From contig CAJYLB010000001.1 in NCBI GenBank assembly GCA_913775595.1, forward strand, positions 62,001 through 126,000: DNA of 64,000 bases, read 5' to 3'. Shown here one piece after another: positions 1 through 10,470 of the stretch. The position numbers were made by a program, and so were the translations under genes. Source of the stretch: an uncultured Aquiluna sp. (GTDB taxonomy: Bacteria > Actinomycetota > Actinomycetes > Actinomycetales > Microbacteriaceae). The notes below the pieces were generated by a model. The model ran no database searches. It saw nothing but the letters and a program-made list of their open reading frames with translations, and was not told where the DNA came from. Each line of letters opens with the position of its first letter. Positions within the stretch are counted from its first letter, which is position 1.

Positions 1-490
1 CTCCAACGGCGGCCAGACCCAACATCAGACCAAAGTTGATGCCATAGACGAACCGAGACACGATTTGGTCAAACAGAGAGGTTTCATTTCGCTCACCCTC
101 ACCGATGAAGAAGTTCTGTGCGACTCGGTCGGTGAGGCCAAACTCAACTTCTTGGGTGGCGCCACCCTCTAGCACCGCAATGCCCTCCGGCAGAGTCGTC
201 TCGTCGAGGGTTACGTTGTAGTTGCGGACCTCAGGCACGCCGATTGACCAACGGCCGTCGGCATCAGTCACGGTCTCAGCTGTGTAGCCACCGCCATCGA
301 CAACGATTCGAACGCCTTGGACCGGCTCACCGTCAATCTTGACATTTCCAAAGATTGTCGCCGAATACTCTTCGCCAACACTGTCTCCCAGAGCTGGAGC
401 CGAGACACTGAGGCCTCCGATAAGCGCCAGTAGGGCTACGAGAATGACGCGAAATACCCCGCGCTTAGTGTCATCCAAGAGGAATTTCAC
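1..490 (-). CDS. Branched-chain amino acid ABC transporter permease (LivH-like) with N-terminal extracytoplasmic domain; partial, runs off the left edge
   Basis: Not in the ORF track because there is no stop in the window. Hand translation from GTG at 490 (GGAGGAG RBS upstream): MKFLLDDTKRGVFRVILVALLALIGGLSVSAPALG...ETVTDADGRWSIGVPE...RFVYGINFGLMLGLAAVG. The last segment matches the typical first TM helix of LivH. Confidence 0.75.
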   Translation of the reverse strand, partial: MKFLLDDTKRGVFRVILVALLALIGGLSVSAPALGDSVGEEYSATIFGNVKIDGEPVQGVRIVVDGGGYTAETVTDADGRWSIGVPEVRNYNVTLDETTLPEGIAVLEGGATQEVEFGLTDRVAQNFFIGEGERNETSLFDQIVSRFVYGINFGLMLGLAAVG

Positions 491-620
491 TTCTCCTCCA
501 AATCCTTCCGAGCGCCATCGCCCGGTCCTTGCCCCGTGCACGGGGTTTACAAAACCTTACCAGCGTAGCGGGTGGCAGGAACAGCTGGCATAAAACCTCA
601 GGCCTCCGCACCTTTGATGA

Positions 621-2180
<1,560 letters not shown>

Positions 2181-2189
2181 GAGTCCTAG

Positions 2190-3305
2190 ATGTCAGAAGT
2201 AGAGATTGGTAAGGCGAAGAGCGCCCGCGTTGGCTATGCCTTTGATGATGTAGCGGTCATTCCCACCCGCCGCACTCGCGACCCTGAAGATGTTTCGACT
2301 GCCTGGACAATCGATGCTTTCAAGTTCGAACTCCCGGTTGTAGCGGCACCAATGGATTCTGCAATGAGTCCGAAAACTGCAATTGCACTGGGAAAGATGG
2401 GCGGCCTGGGAGTTTTGGACCTTGAGGGTCTCTGGACTCGCTACGAGGATCCATCCCAGCAGCTTCAGGAGATTGCAAACGCAAAAGACGAGGATGCCAC
2501 CTCTGTTTTGCAAAGGGTCTATTCGAAGCCAATCCAGCCTGAGCTAATTTCGAAGCGCCTTGGCGAGATTCGCGATGCGGGAGTAACTGTCGCAGGAGCC
2601 CTCAGCCCTCAACGCACTGCAGAGTTTGCTGACATAGTCCTGGGCGCAGGCGTGGACATGTTTGTGATTCGCGGAAACACCGTGTCTGCTGAGCACGTCT
2701 CGAAGCAGGTTGAGCCTCTAAATCTCAAAGAATTCATCTACAAGCTTGACGTTCCTGTGATCGTTGGAGGTGCTGCGACCTACACCGCTGCTCTTCACCT
2801 CATGCGAACGGGAGCGGCTGGAGTTCTTGTTGGCTTCGGTGGCGGTGCTGCCGGGGCTACTAGAAATGTTCTCGGCATCCACGCACCCATGGCCACAGCC
2901 GTAGCTGATGTGGCAGCTGCCAGACGTGACTACATGGATGAGTCCGGAGGTCGATACGTTCACGTAATAGCTGACGGCGGACTTGGAACCAGCGGAGATG
3001 TTGTCAAGGCAGTTGGCTGCGGTGCAGATGCAGTAATGCTGGGAACCATGTTGGCGAGGGCTGCCGAGGCTCCCGGAGCCGGTTGGCATTGGGGTAGTGA
3101 AGCTGTGAACCAGAAACTTCCGAGAGGCCAAAGGGTATGGGTTGGCTCGCACGGCAGCCTGGAAAACATTCTTGTGGGCCCCGCATCCTCTGCAAGCGGA
3201 ACCGCGAACCTAATTGGGGCTCTAAAGAGGTCCATGGCGACCACTGGCTACTCAGATCTCAAGGAGTTCCAGAGGGTCGACGTCGTTCTAAACCCCTATG
3301 GATAG
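2190..3305 (+). CDS. guaB3: GuaB3-family IMP dehydrogenase-related protein
   Basis: MSEVEIG...FDDVAVIPTRRTRDPEDVS, ALHLMRTGAAGVLVGFGG, ARRDYMDESGGRYVHVIADGG; lacks the catalytic Cys loop; lies directly after guaB as is usual in Actinobacteria. Confidence 0.93.
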   Translation: MSEVEIGKAKSARVGYAFDDVAVIPTRRTRDPEDVSTAWTIDAFKFELPVVAAPMDSAMSPKTAIALGKMGGLGVLDLEGLWTRYEDPSQQLQEIANAKDEDATSVLQRVYSKPIQPELISKRLGEIRDAGVTVAGALSPQRTAEFADIVLGAGVDMFVIRGNTVSAEHVSKQVEPLNLKEFIYKLDVPVIVGGAATYTAALHLMRTGAAGVLVGFGGGAAGATRNVLGIHAPMATAVADVAAARRDYMDESGGRYVHVIADGGLGTSGDVVKAVGCGADAVMLGTMLARAAEAPGAGWHWGSEAVNQKLPRGQRVWVGSHGSLENILVGPASSASGTANLIGALKRSMATTGYSDLKEFQRVDVVLNPYG

Positions 3306-4034
3306 ATGAAGCCAAGCTTCTTCTCAGTCGCCCGAAGGCCAAAGTGGATTGCCGGGCTGCTAGTGGCATTCATTGTTGCTGGGACTTTTGCGGCACTGAT
3401 GCAGTGGCAGTTCTCAAGAACCTTCGTGAGCGTGGGTGTCGACGTTGAGCAGGAGCCAGTGCCAATCTCCGAGCTGGCAGGACCACAAACTCTGGCGCCG
3501 GGTAGTTATGACCGATTGGTCACCGCCGTAGTTGAGATAGATCCCGCCAACAGCTACATAGTCTCGGATCGTTTGCAAATGCAGGGAGAAGATCAGCTGA
3601 GGGGTTACTGGGTATTGGTCAACAGCTATGAGAAGGAAACTGGTGCGAGCCTCACGCTTGCAATTGGCTTTGTCAGTGACCTAGCGGTTGCTCAACAAGC
3701 AAACCTCCCCGAGGGCGAATTCGAGATTGTTGGTTACCTAGAACCCAGTGAGCCCGTGAGCCAAACATCAGATGGCACCCTGGGATCGGTCGCGCTTTCG
3801 CAACTGGTGAATCTGTATTCGCCAGAACCTTTTGAAAGCTTTCCCGCATACGTCATTGTTCAAGACGGGCTAGAGGTGGAGCTCGACGAGATCCGAATCG
3901 GCATTCAAAGCGAGAGGATAGAGATCAATTGGCTCACCGCTTTCTACGCAATCGAGTGGCTGCTCTTTGGTTTGGCGGCCTTTTATCTCTGGTGGCGGCT
4001 CGTAATGGACCAGGTAGCTCGCGAAACCAGTTAA
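3306..4034 (+). CDS. SURF1-family membrane protein (actinobacterial type)
   Basis: N-terminal TM ending in QWQF-R, extracytoplasmic loop with GYWV, C-terminal NWL..FYAIEWLLF...YLWWRLV. Confidence 0.75.
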   Translation: MKPSFFSVARRPKWIAGLLVAFIVAGTFAALMQWQFSRTFVSVGVDVEQEPVPISELAGPQTLAPGSYDRLVTAVVEIDPANSYIVSDRLQMQGEDQLRGYWVLVNSYEKETGASLTLAIGFVSDLAVAQQANLPEGEFEIVGYLEPSEPVSQTSDGTLGSVALSQLVNLYSPEPFESFPAYVIVQDGLEVELDEIRIGIQSERIEINWLTAFYAIEWLLFGLAAFYLWWRLVMDQVARETS

Positions 4035-4049
4035 TAGAATCGTTATCTG

Positions 4050-4132
4050 AAATTGTGGTTTTTTGCCCGTTTGGGTTCCAATTGTCTGTTTTGACTGCTA
4101 GCTTCAAAGAAATTATCTGTAAACGGACAATT
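4050..4132. promoter_or_regulatory. AT-rich promoter/operator region of the deoR-mtl operon with an imperfect 12-bp inverted repeat
   Basis: AATTGTCTGTTT (4080-4091) and AAACGGACAATT (4121-4132) are inverted with one mismatch. They bracket a TTGACT (-35-like, 4091-4096) with TATCTG 17 bp downstream. Degenerate copies occur at about 4050 and 4062. Confidence 0.5.
4102..4115. repeat. 14-bp direct repeat copy 1 (CTTCAAAGAAATTA)
   Basis: Identical 14-mer at 8083-8096. Confidence 0.85.
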
Positions 4133-4148
4133 TCGGAGACTGACAAGG

Positions 4149-4910
4149 GTGTTAGCAGAAGAGCGCAGACTCAAACTTGCTGAGTGGACCAGAGCTGATG
4201 GTCGACTCGATGCAAACGTTGCTGCCAACAAGCTAGAGGTCGCCGTTGAAACTGTTCGTCGCGATCTCGATGTACTTCAGAGGCGTGGAGCACTGCGCCG
4301 GGTTCACGGCGGAGCAATCGCTCTAGAGAGATTCGCGCACGAATACACAATTCCAGAGCGTTACAACCGCAACCCACAGCAAAAGCAGTCAGTAGCAGAC
4401 GTTGCTGCAAACTACATCCCAGAAGAGGGTTGCATCTTTGTTGATGGTGGAACAACAACAGAGTGCCTCGAGAGCCACTTGAGAGACAAGCCAAAGCTCA
4501 TGGTTGTAACTAACCACGTCACGCTTGCCTCGAAGCTTGCAGATAGCACCACTCAGGTGACGGTCCTGGGCGGCCGCATCAGGCCAGCGACTTTGTCCGC
4601 CGTCGGTGCCAAGACTGTTTCAGACCTTCAAGACTTCAATGCTGTAGTCAGCTTCCTCGGAGTGAACGGAATCGGCATGGAGGGCGGCATGACCGCATAC
4701 GACACCGATGAGGCTCTTGTGAAGAAGACCATGATGGCACGCTCGGTAGAGCGCATCATTCTTGCCGACAGCAGCAAGTTCGGACCCACCTACCCCGCTC
4801 GATTCGGGGACTTTGGAGATTTTGACCGCTTGGTCACAAACGTTGACGCCGACCCAAGATTCATGGAGGCGCTAAATAAGGCGGGAGTTGAAGTTGCTCT
4901 TGCTAAATAG
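4149..4910 (+). CDS. DeoR/GlpR-family transcriptional regulator (probable mannitol operon regulator)
   Basis: HTH signature VAVETVRRDL...RRVHGGA; sensor domain IFVDGGTTT, VVTN, LADSSKFG. Confidence 0.93.
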   Translation: MLAEERRLKLAEWTRADGRLDANVAANKLEVAVETVRRDLDVLQRRGALRRVHGGAIALERFAHEYTIPERYNRNPQQKQSVADVAANYIPEEGCIFVDGGTTTECLESHLRDKPKLMVVTNHVTLASKLADSTTQVTVLGGRIRPATLSAVGAKTVSDLQDFNAVVSFLGVNGIGMEGGMTAYDTDEALVKKTMMARSVERIILADSSKFGPTYPARFGDFGDFDRLVTNVDADPRFMEALNKAGVEVALAK

Positions 4911-5035
4911 GTTTCCTCGGTTCATTGCCGAAACCGATGGAAAAAGGGAGATGCCGATGCCTAGGCGAGTCTCAAACCGAGCCTTGGCAGCGACATCGCC
5001 CATTGAATACAACCCCCTAAAGGAAGGTAGTACCC

Positions 5036-6148
5036 ATGGCTAACTTTATACCCGCAGGTGACGGCGGCCACACTGGCTGGCGTGCAGCGGTACAGAAGCT
5101 AGGTGGAAACCTTGCTGGAATGGTGATCCCGAACATCGGTGCGTTTATCGCATGGGGTCTTCTGACAGCACTGTTCATTCCAACTGGCTGGCTGCCAAAC
5201 GAGGAGCTCTCCTCGATGGTCGGCCCAATGATTATCAACCTACTTCCAATCCTCATCGGTTACACCGGTGGACGTTTGGTACACGGTCAGCGTGGTGCCG
5301 TTATCGGTGCTGTTGCAACCGTAGGTGTGATTGTCGGCGCTTCAATTCCAATGTTCCTAGGTGCCATGATTATTGGTCCTCTAGCTGCATGGATCCTGAA
5401 GAAGATCGACGGCGTATTGGACCCAATCACCCCTCCAGGATTCGAGATGCTCATCGGAAACTTCTCCCTTGGTATTTCCGGACTCCTCATGGCCATCCTC
5501 GGCTTCTTGGGTGTTGGACCAGTTGTTAACAGCTTCTCCGATGTTCTTGGTGCAGGCGTTCAGGCGCTCATCGACACTGGACTGTTGCCTCTTGCTTCAA
5601 TCCTTGTTGAGCCAGCCAAGATCCTGTTCCTAAACAACGCAATTAACCACGGTGTTCTTGCACCAATCGGTGTTGTTCAGGCTGAGGAGATGGGTAAGTC
5701 CATCATGTTCATGCTTGAGACCAACCCAGGTCCTGGTCTTGGAATCCTGGTTGCCTTCTGGCTAGCAGGCAACAAGGTTCTTCGCGGTAGTGCACCGGGA
5801 GCGATCATCATCCACTTCCTTGGTGGAATCCACGAGATCTACTTCCCATACGTACTGCTTCGCCCAGTATTGGTTCTGGCTGCTATTGCCGGTGGTGCAA
5901 CTGGTGTTGCTACCTTCCTGGTAACTGGCGTTGGACTGGTGGCAACACCTTCCCCAGGCTCAATCTTCGCTTACCTAGCGGTTACCCCTCCAGGAAACCA
6001 CTTTGGTGTGCTGCTAGGAATTCTCCTTTCGGCCACCGTCTCCTTCCTCGTTGCATGGGTCATCCTCAAAGCCTCAAAGGGTGGCGATGACGACCTCGAG
6101 GCCGCAAAGGCTCAGAGCAAGGCGATGAAGACCGGCGGTGCGGAGTAA
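5036..6148 (+). CDS. mtlA: PTS mannitol transporter EIIC
   Basis: MVIPNIGAFIAWGLLTALFIPTGWLPNE, EPAKILFLNNAINHG, ETNPGPGLG, IIHFLGGIHEIYFPY are hallmark MtlA IIC motifs; AAGGAAGG RBS. Confidence 0.95.
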   Translation: MANFIPAGDGGHTGWRAAVQKLGGNLAGMVIPNIGAFIAWGLLTALFIPTGWLPNEELSSMVGPMIINLLPILIGYTGGRLVHGQRGAVIGAVATVGVIVGASIPMFLGAMIIGPLAAWILKKIDGVLDPITPPGFEMLIGNFSLGISGLLMAILGFLGVGPVVNSFSDVLGAGVQALIDTGLLPLASILVEPAKILFLNNAINHGVLAPIGVVQAEEMGKSIMFMLETNPGPGLGILVAFWLAGNKVLRGSAPGAIIIHFLGGIHEIYFPYVLLRPVLVLAAIAGGATGVATFLVTGVGLVATPSPGSIFAYLAVTPPGNHFGVLLGILLSATVSFLVAWVILKASKGGDDDLEAAKAQSKAMKTGGAE

Positions 6149-6151
6149 TCC

Positions 6152-6466
6152 ATGGCAAGCATTTCTGGAGCTGACGTCAAGCACATAGTTATTGCTTGCG
6201 AAGCTGGAATGGGTTCATCCGTCATGGTTGCCAAGATGCTGGCCAAGCAGCTCAAGGCAAACGGTGTGGAGGTAACTCACTCCCCTGTGAATCAGCTAGC
6301 CGACACCAAGCATGATGTCGTGCTGGTCCATCGTGGACTATCGCAGCGTGCAAAGCAGGCTGTCCCGAACTCACCTGTAATCATCTTTGACATGTTCCTG
6401 GGAGATATGCGTATCGCTCAGCTTGTCAATGAGGTCCAGGAAGGGCTCCCAATCAGCGATGACTGA
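6152..6466 (+). CDS. PTS mannitol-family EIIB, stand-alone
   Basis: IVIACEAGMGSS phospho-Cys loop (cf. MtlA IIB VACDAGMGSS). Confidence 0.9.
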   Translation: MASISGADVKHIVIACEAGMGSSVMVAKMLAKQLKANGVEVTHSPVNQLADTKHDVVLVHRGLSQRAKQAVPNSPVIIFDMFLGDMRIAQLVNEVQEGLPISDD

Positions 6467-6896
6467 TCTGATTCAAAAGGCCGGAATCCGGTTAGATGCC
6501 GCGGCCTCCTCACCCGAGGAGGCCGTGCGCATCTGCGGCGAACTACTCATCGAGCTGGGTGCTATCAGCCAGGAGTACGCCGATGCGATGTGGGAGAGGG
6601 AGCAAAAGTTCTCCTCGGCAATCGGAATGGGATTTGCAATCCCTCACGGCACTGATGAATCCCGTGTCCACGTCGTGTTCGACCAGCTGGTCTTTCTAAG
6701 ACTCACCTCACCCCTTACCTGGGGGGACGAAGAGGTTCGCTGCGTTCTGGGAATTGCATCCAGCGGCGATGGACACGTTGAAATTCTCGGCAACCTAGCC
6801 GAACTAATTCAGGACGAGGAGAAGCTCGAGGTACTTGCCGCATCTGGCGATGCAGCCCAAGTGCTTAGCCTCATCCGCGATGGTGGCGTGGCCTAG
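6459..6896 (+). CDS. mtlF: PTS EIIA (fructose/mannitol family)
   Basis: RE..FSSAIGMGFAIPHG phospho-His motif and HVEILGNLA. Start ATG 6459 overlaps the EIIB stop (ORF track start 6387). Confidence 0.88.
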   Translation: MTDLIQKAGIRLDAAASSPEEAVRICGELLIELGAISQEYADAMWEREQKFSSAIGMGFAIPHGTDESRVHVVFDQLVFLRLTSPLTWGDEEVRCVLGIASSGDGHVEILGNLAELIQDEEKLEVLAASGDAAQVLSLIRDGGVA

Positions 6897-6918
6897 CCCA
6901 CCAGATATAGAGACACTT

Positions 6919-8082
6919 ATGACCACCGAAAAGCCAATTGCCGTTCACTTCGGCGCCGGAAACATAGGCCGCGGCTTCATCGGTGCAGTTCTGCAAGATG
7001 CGGGCTACTTCGTAGTTTTTGCGGACGTCAACCCCACCCTGATTCGGGCCCTCAATGATGCTGGTAGCTACACCCTCACTGAGATAGGCGCGGACTCTAC
7101 AAAAAAGACCTACTCAAACTACAGAGCGATCAATTCCGTTGAGGAAAGGTCTGAGCTGATTGGACAACTTGCCAGGGCAGAGATCATCACAGCATCTGTC
7201 GGCGCTAACGTACTGCCCCTGATTGCCCCGGTAATTGCTGAGGGGCTCTCGGCAAGAGTTCTTCCAACTCCAGTTGCCATCATGGCGTGTGAGAACGCAA
7301 TCAACGCATCAGATATTCTTAGGTCAGAGATTTCGATTCCAAATCTGGACTCCCTGGCAGTGTTCGCCAATACCGCCGTCGATCGCATAGTCCCAATCCA
7401 GCCTGAGGGTTCAGAGCCCGACGTGGCTGTGGAGGCATTCTGCGAGTGGGTCATCGATTCCAGCAACCTAGCCGGACTTGGACTTGAAATACCTGCAGCA
7501 ACCTTTGTTGACAGGCTGGAACCATTTATTGAGCGCAAGCTCTTCACCGTCAATACCGCACACCTCTCAGCCGCCTACCTAGGGCAGCGAGCGGGTCATG
7601 CAACTGTAGTTCAGGCCCTGGCAGACAAGGCAGTCATGAAGAAGACAATGGCGGTTTTGGAGGAGACCTCTAGAGTGCTCATCAGCAAGCACAACTTTGA
7701 TCCCTCGGCCCACTCTCGCTATGTCAAAAAGACCATGAAGCGCATCACGAGTCCAGCCATCGATGACCAGGTCGAAAGAGTTGGTAGGGATCCAATTAGA
7801 AAGATGTCGCGTCTCGAGCGGTTGATTGGACCTGCTGCCCAGTATGCGGAGAAGTTTGGAAAGCCAGAGAATCTGCTCTCGGTTATCTCCGCTGCCTTGG
7901 CATTTGAAAATGACGACGACCCCGAGGTTGCAAGGCTTCAGCTGCTCCTCACAAGCCTCACCTCAGCCGAGTTTGCCCAGGAGGTTTGCGGAATCTCCTC
8001 GTCTCATCCACTTTCACAATTTCTAGTCGAGGTAATCGACAGTCACAAACGTCAGGTGGCCAGGCAGGGCCTACTGGGGTAA
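6919..8082 (+). CDS. mtlD: Mannitol-1-phosphate 5-dehydrogenase
   Basis: AVHFGAGNIGRGFIG, MACEN, AVDRIVP, FIERKLFTVNTAH, RVGRDPIRK. Start ATG 6919. Confidence 0.95.
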   Translation: MTTEKPIAVHFGAGNIGRGFIGAVLQDAGYFVVFADVNPTLIRALNDAGSYTLTEIGADSTKKTYSNYRAINSVEERSELIGQLARAEIITASVGANVLPLIAPVIAEGLSARVLPTPVAIMACENAINASDILRSEISIPNLDSLAVFANTAVDRIVPIQPEGSEPDVAVEAFCEWVIDSSNLAGLGLEIPAATFVDRLEPFIERKLFTVNTAHLSAAYLGQRAGHATVVQALADKAVMKKTMAVLEETSRVLISKHNFDPSAHSRYVKKTMKRITSPAIDDQVERVGRDPIRKMSRLERLIGPAAQYAEKFGKPENLLSVISAALAFENDDDPEVARLQLLLTSLTSAEFAQEVCGISSSHPLSQFLVEVIDSHKRQVARQGLLG

Positions 8083-8096
8083 CTTCAAAGAAATTA
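8083..8096. repeat. 14-bp direct repeat copy 2 (CTTCAAAGAAATTA)
   Basis: Begins immediately after the mtlD stop; identical to 4102-4115. Confidence 0.85.
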
Positions 8097-8131
8097 ATTG
8101 CTAGCATCCTTGTCAGTCCAAAGGAGAAAGA

Positions 8132-8401
8132 ATGTCCACTGTCACAGCTGTAGTCACCATTGAAGACCCAATCGGCTTTCACGCTCGCCCTGCGGGTCAG
8201 ATCGTAAAGCTTGTTAAGGACTCCGGGCTCGAGGTTCGCATGGGTAAGGTCGGCGGAAACCTCGTAAAGGCAAATTCCCCTCTAGGCCTGATGGCAATGA
8301 AGGGGAAGACCGGAGAAGAGCTCACGGTCGAGGTTGACACTGACGATGAGGCTCAGGGCAACGCCATCATTGAGCAGATCCAACAGTTTCTCAAGGGCTA
8401 A
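8132..8401 (+). CDS. ptsH: Phosphocarrier protein HPr
   Basis: GFHARPA (His15 motif) and ANSPLGLM (Ser46 region); AAGGAG RBS; TGcTAGCAT extended -10-like element at 8099-8107. Confidence 0.93.
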   Translation: MSTVTAVVTIEDPIGFHARPAGQIVKLVKDSGLEVRMGKVGGNLVKANSPLGLMAMKGKTGEELTVEVDTDDEAQGNAIIEQIQQFLKG

Positions 8402-8403
8402 TT

Positions 8404-10026
8404 TTGACTCAGCAGGTTCTTACAGGCCTCGGCGTTGGGCTTGAGGCGGTTTCCGCGGAGGTTTTTCGCGTCAAAGAGTCGCAGCCGCTTCCCATCCCCG
8501 CAAAGCATGTCGGTGATGCGGATTCAGAGCAAACCAAGATGCGAAACGCTGTTGATGAGGTCTCGGTCGAGCTAGAGAAGCTGGCTGAAAAGGCAGGCGA
8601 GACCTCAGCGGAGATCTTTGAGGCGCTAGGCATGATCCTGCTGGATGAGAGCTTGTTCGATACTGCGGTGGAGCAGATCGCAGAGGGCTGGGAAGCAGGA
8701 ACTGCTTTTGTAAATGCCACGGAGACCTTCGCTGAGCTCCTATCGGGCGACCCGACCTTCGAGGAGCGAGTCGCGGACATCAGGGACTTGGCCAAGCGCG
8801 TTGCCGCCAACATTCATGGAATCTCTTTAGGGCTAGATCTGCCCGAGACTGGAAACTATGTGATTGTTGGGGAGGACTTCTCGCCAGCCGACACCGCCCA
8901 ATTCACTTCTGCCGTGGTTGGCGTCATCACCATTCAGGGCGGACCCACCTCGCACACCGCAATCATTTGCCGTTCAAAGTCCATCCCTGCAGTTGTCTCC
9001 TGCCAAGGAGCGAAAGACCTCAAAAACGGCCAGAAGGTTTTGGTTGACCCAGTTGGCGATCGCGTTGTAATTGGTGGAACCTCGTCAGATGCGACAAAGG
9101 CGATTAGTTTCGTAGCTAAGTCTGCAGAGCCTGTAATTCCAGTGCGAGCAAACATCGGCTCTCTCGAGGATGCAGTCGCAGCTGCGGCAACGGCCGCAGA
9201 GGGTGTTGGACTTTTCCGCACCGAGCTGCTTTACCTTTCTGCCACCACTGAGCCCTCGCGGGAAAAACAGGTTTCGTCCTACACCGAGATCCTCTCTGCT
9301 TGCCCAGAGGGACCAGTCGTGGTTAGGACCATTGACGCCGGCAGCGACAAGCCGGTGCCGTTCCTAAAGATGCCAGACGAGGAAAACCCTGCATTGGGCG
9401 TCCGGGGTTTCCGGCTGGTGAGGGATCACCGCGACTTCATCGTCTCTCAGCTGGAGTCTTTGGAGGAGGCACGCAAAGCATCTGGCCGCGAGGTTTGGGT
9501 CATGGCTCCCATGGTTGCAACCGCCTCGGAGGCAAAAGAGTTTGCACAGCTTGCTCGTGCCGCCGGGGATTTCAAGGTTGGCATCATGGTAGAGACGCCA
9601 TCCATTGTTTACGAGATTTCAAAGCTTTCTGGAGTGGTCGACTTCATCTCGGTTGGGACAAATGACCTGTCCCAATATCTCTTTGCTTCGGACCGAATGA
9701 ACCCCAACCTCGGAGCGATGTTGAACCCTTGGCAACCGGCGCTAGTTGCGTCTCTCAACCAAATAGCCCTCGAGTCAAAAAAGGCCGGGATCTATTCAGG
9801 GGTTTGCGGTGAGAGTGGCTCCGACCCTGCGTTTGCAGTTGTGCTAGCAGGAATGGGTTTCGACTCGGTGTCCTCATCACGATCTCAGGTTGGGGCTGTT
9901 AGAACCGCCCTTTCCTCGGTCACAAAAGACGAGGCGAAAGAGGTCTTCGAGGCGGTCATGTCAGCTGGCGATAGCGACCAGGCCAAGTCACTCGCACTCG
10001 CCAAGCTGGGCGAAATCGCTAAGTAG
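8404..10026 (+). CDS. ptsI: PTS enzyme I (phosphoenolpyruvate-protein phosphotransferase)
   Basis: GGPTSHTAI phospho-His, EGVGLFRTE, EENPALGVRGFR, MVETP, DFISVGTNDLSQY, GVCGE. Confidence 0.95.
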   Translation: MTQQVLTGLGVGLEAVSAEVFRVKESQPLPIPAKHVGDADSEQTKMRNAVDEVSVELEKLAEKAGETSAEIFEALGMILLDESLFDTAVEQIAEGWEAGTAFVNATETFAELLSGDPTFEERVADIRDLAKRVAANIHGISLGLDLPETGNYVIVGEDFSPADTAQFTSAVVGVITIQGGPTSHTAIICRSKSIPAVVSCQGAKDLKNGQKVLVDPVGDRVVIGGTSSDATKAISFVAKSAEPVIPVRANIGSLEDAVAAAATAAEGVGLFRTELLYLSATTEPSREKQVSSYTEILSACPEGPVVVRTIDAGSDKPVPFLKMPDEENPALGVRGFRLVRDHRDFIVSQLESLEEARKASGREVWVMAPMVATASEAKEFAQLARAAGDFKVGIMVETPSIVYEISKLSGVVDFISVGTNDLSQYLFASDRMNPNLGAMLNPWQPALVASLNQIALESKKAGIYSGVCGESGSDPAFAVVLAGMGFDSVSSSRSQVGAVRTALSSVTKDEAKEVFEAVMSAGDSDQAKSLALAKLGEIAK

Positions 10027-10035
10027 ACTTAGGGC

Positions 10036-10470
10036 ATGTCATCCCCTGCGCCGAGCCAAATTCCCGCAATCCGCTCGACGCTCAAGTTCTACAAAATCTC
10101 GTCTTATGTGACCGGGGTATTCCTTCTTCTCCTTATGGTGACGTGGGGCATCAGGAGGCTGCCATTTTTTGGTTATGACCTTTGGATGTTTGGTCCAAAT
10201 GGGCTGATTTCATTTGAGAGCTACGGGATAGATGGCGAGGGCCTGCCCGAGGTTGGTCTGAACCTGACGGTCCTAATTTTGATTGTTCACGGCTGGTTGT
10301 ATGTGGTTTATCTGCTTGCAGATTTCAGGCTTTGGACCCTCATGCGCTGGCCATTTACAAGGTTTCTATTCATTGGTGCTGGCGGCGTTGTTCCGTTTTT
10401 GAGCTTTTACACCGAGGCTAAATACGCAAAGCTTGCTCAGGATGAGCTAAGGGAGCTCGAGGGCAAATGA
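10036..10470 (+). CDS. DUF3817-type membrane protein
   Basis: [30 protein letters not shown]; directly upstream of guaA as in many Actinobacteria; leaderless-type start. Confidence 0.75.
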   Translation: MSSPAPSQIPAIRSTLKFYKISSYVTGVFLLLLMVTWGIRRLPFFGYDLWMFGPNGLISFESYGIDGEGLPEVGLNLTVLILIVHGWLYVVYLLADFRLWTLMRWPFTRFLFIGAGGVVPFLSFYTEAKYAKLAQDELRELEGK

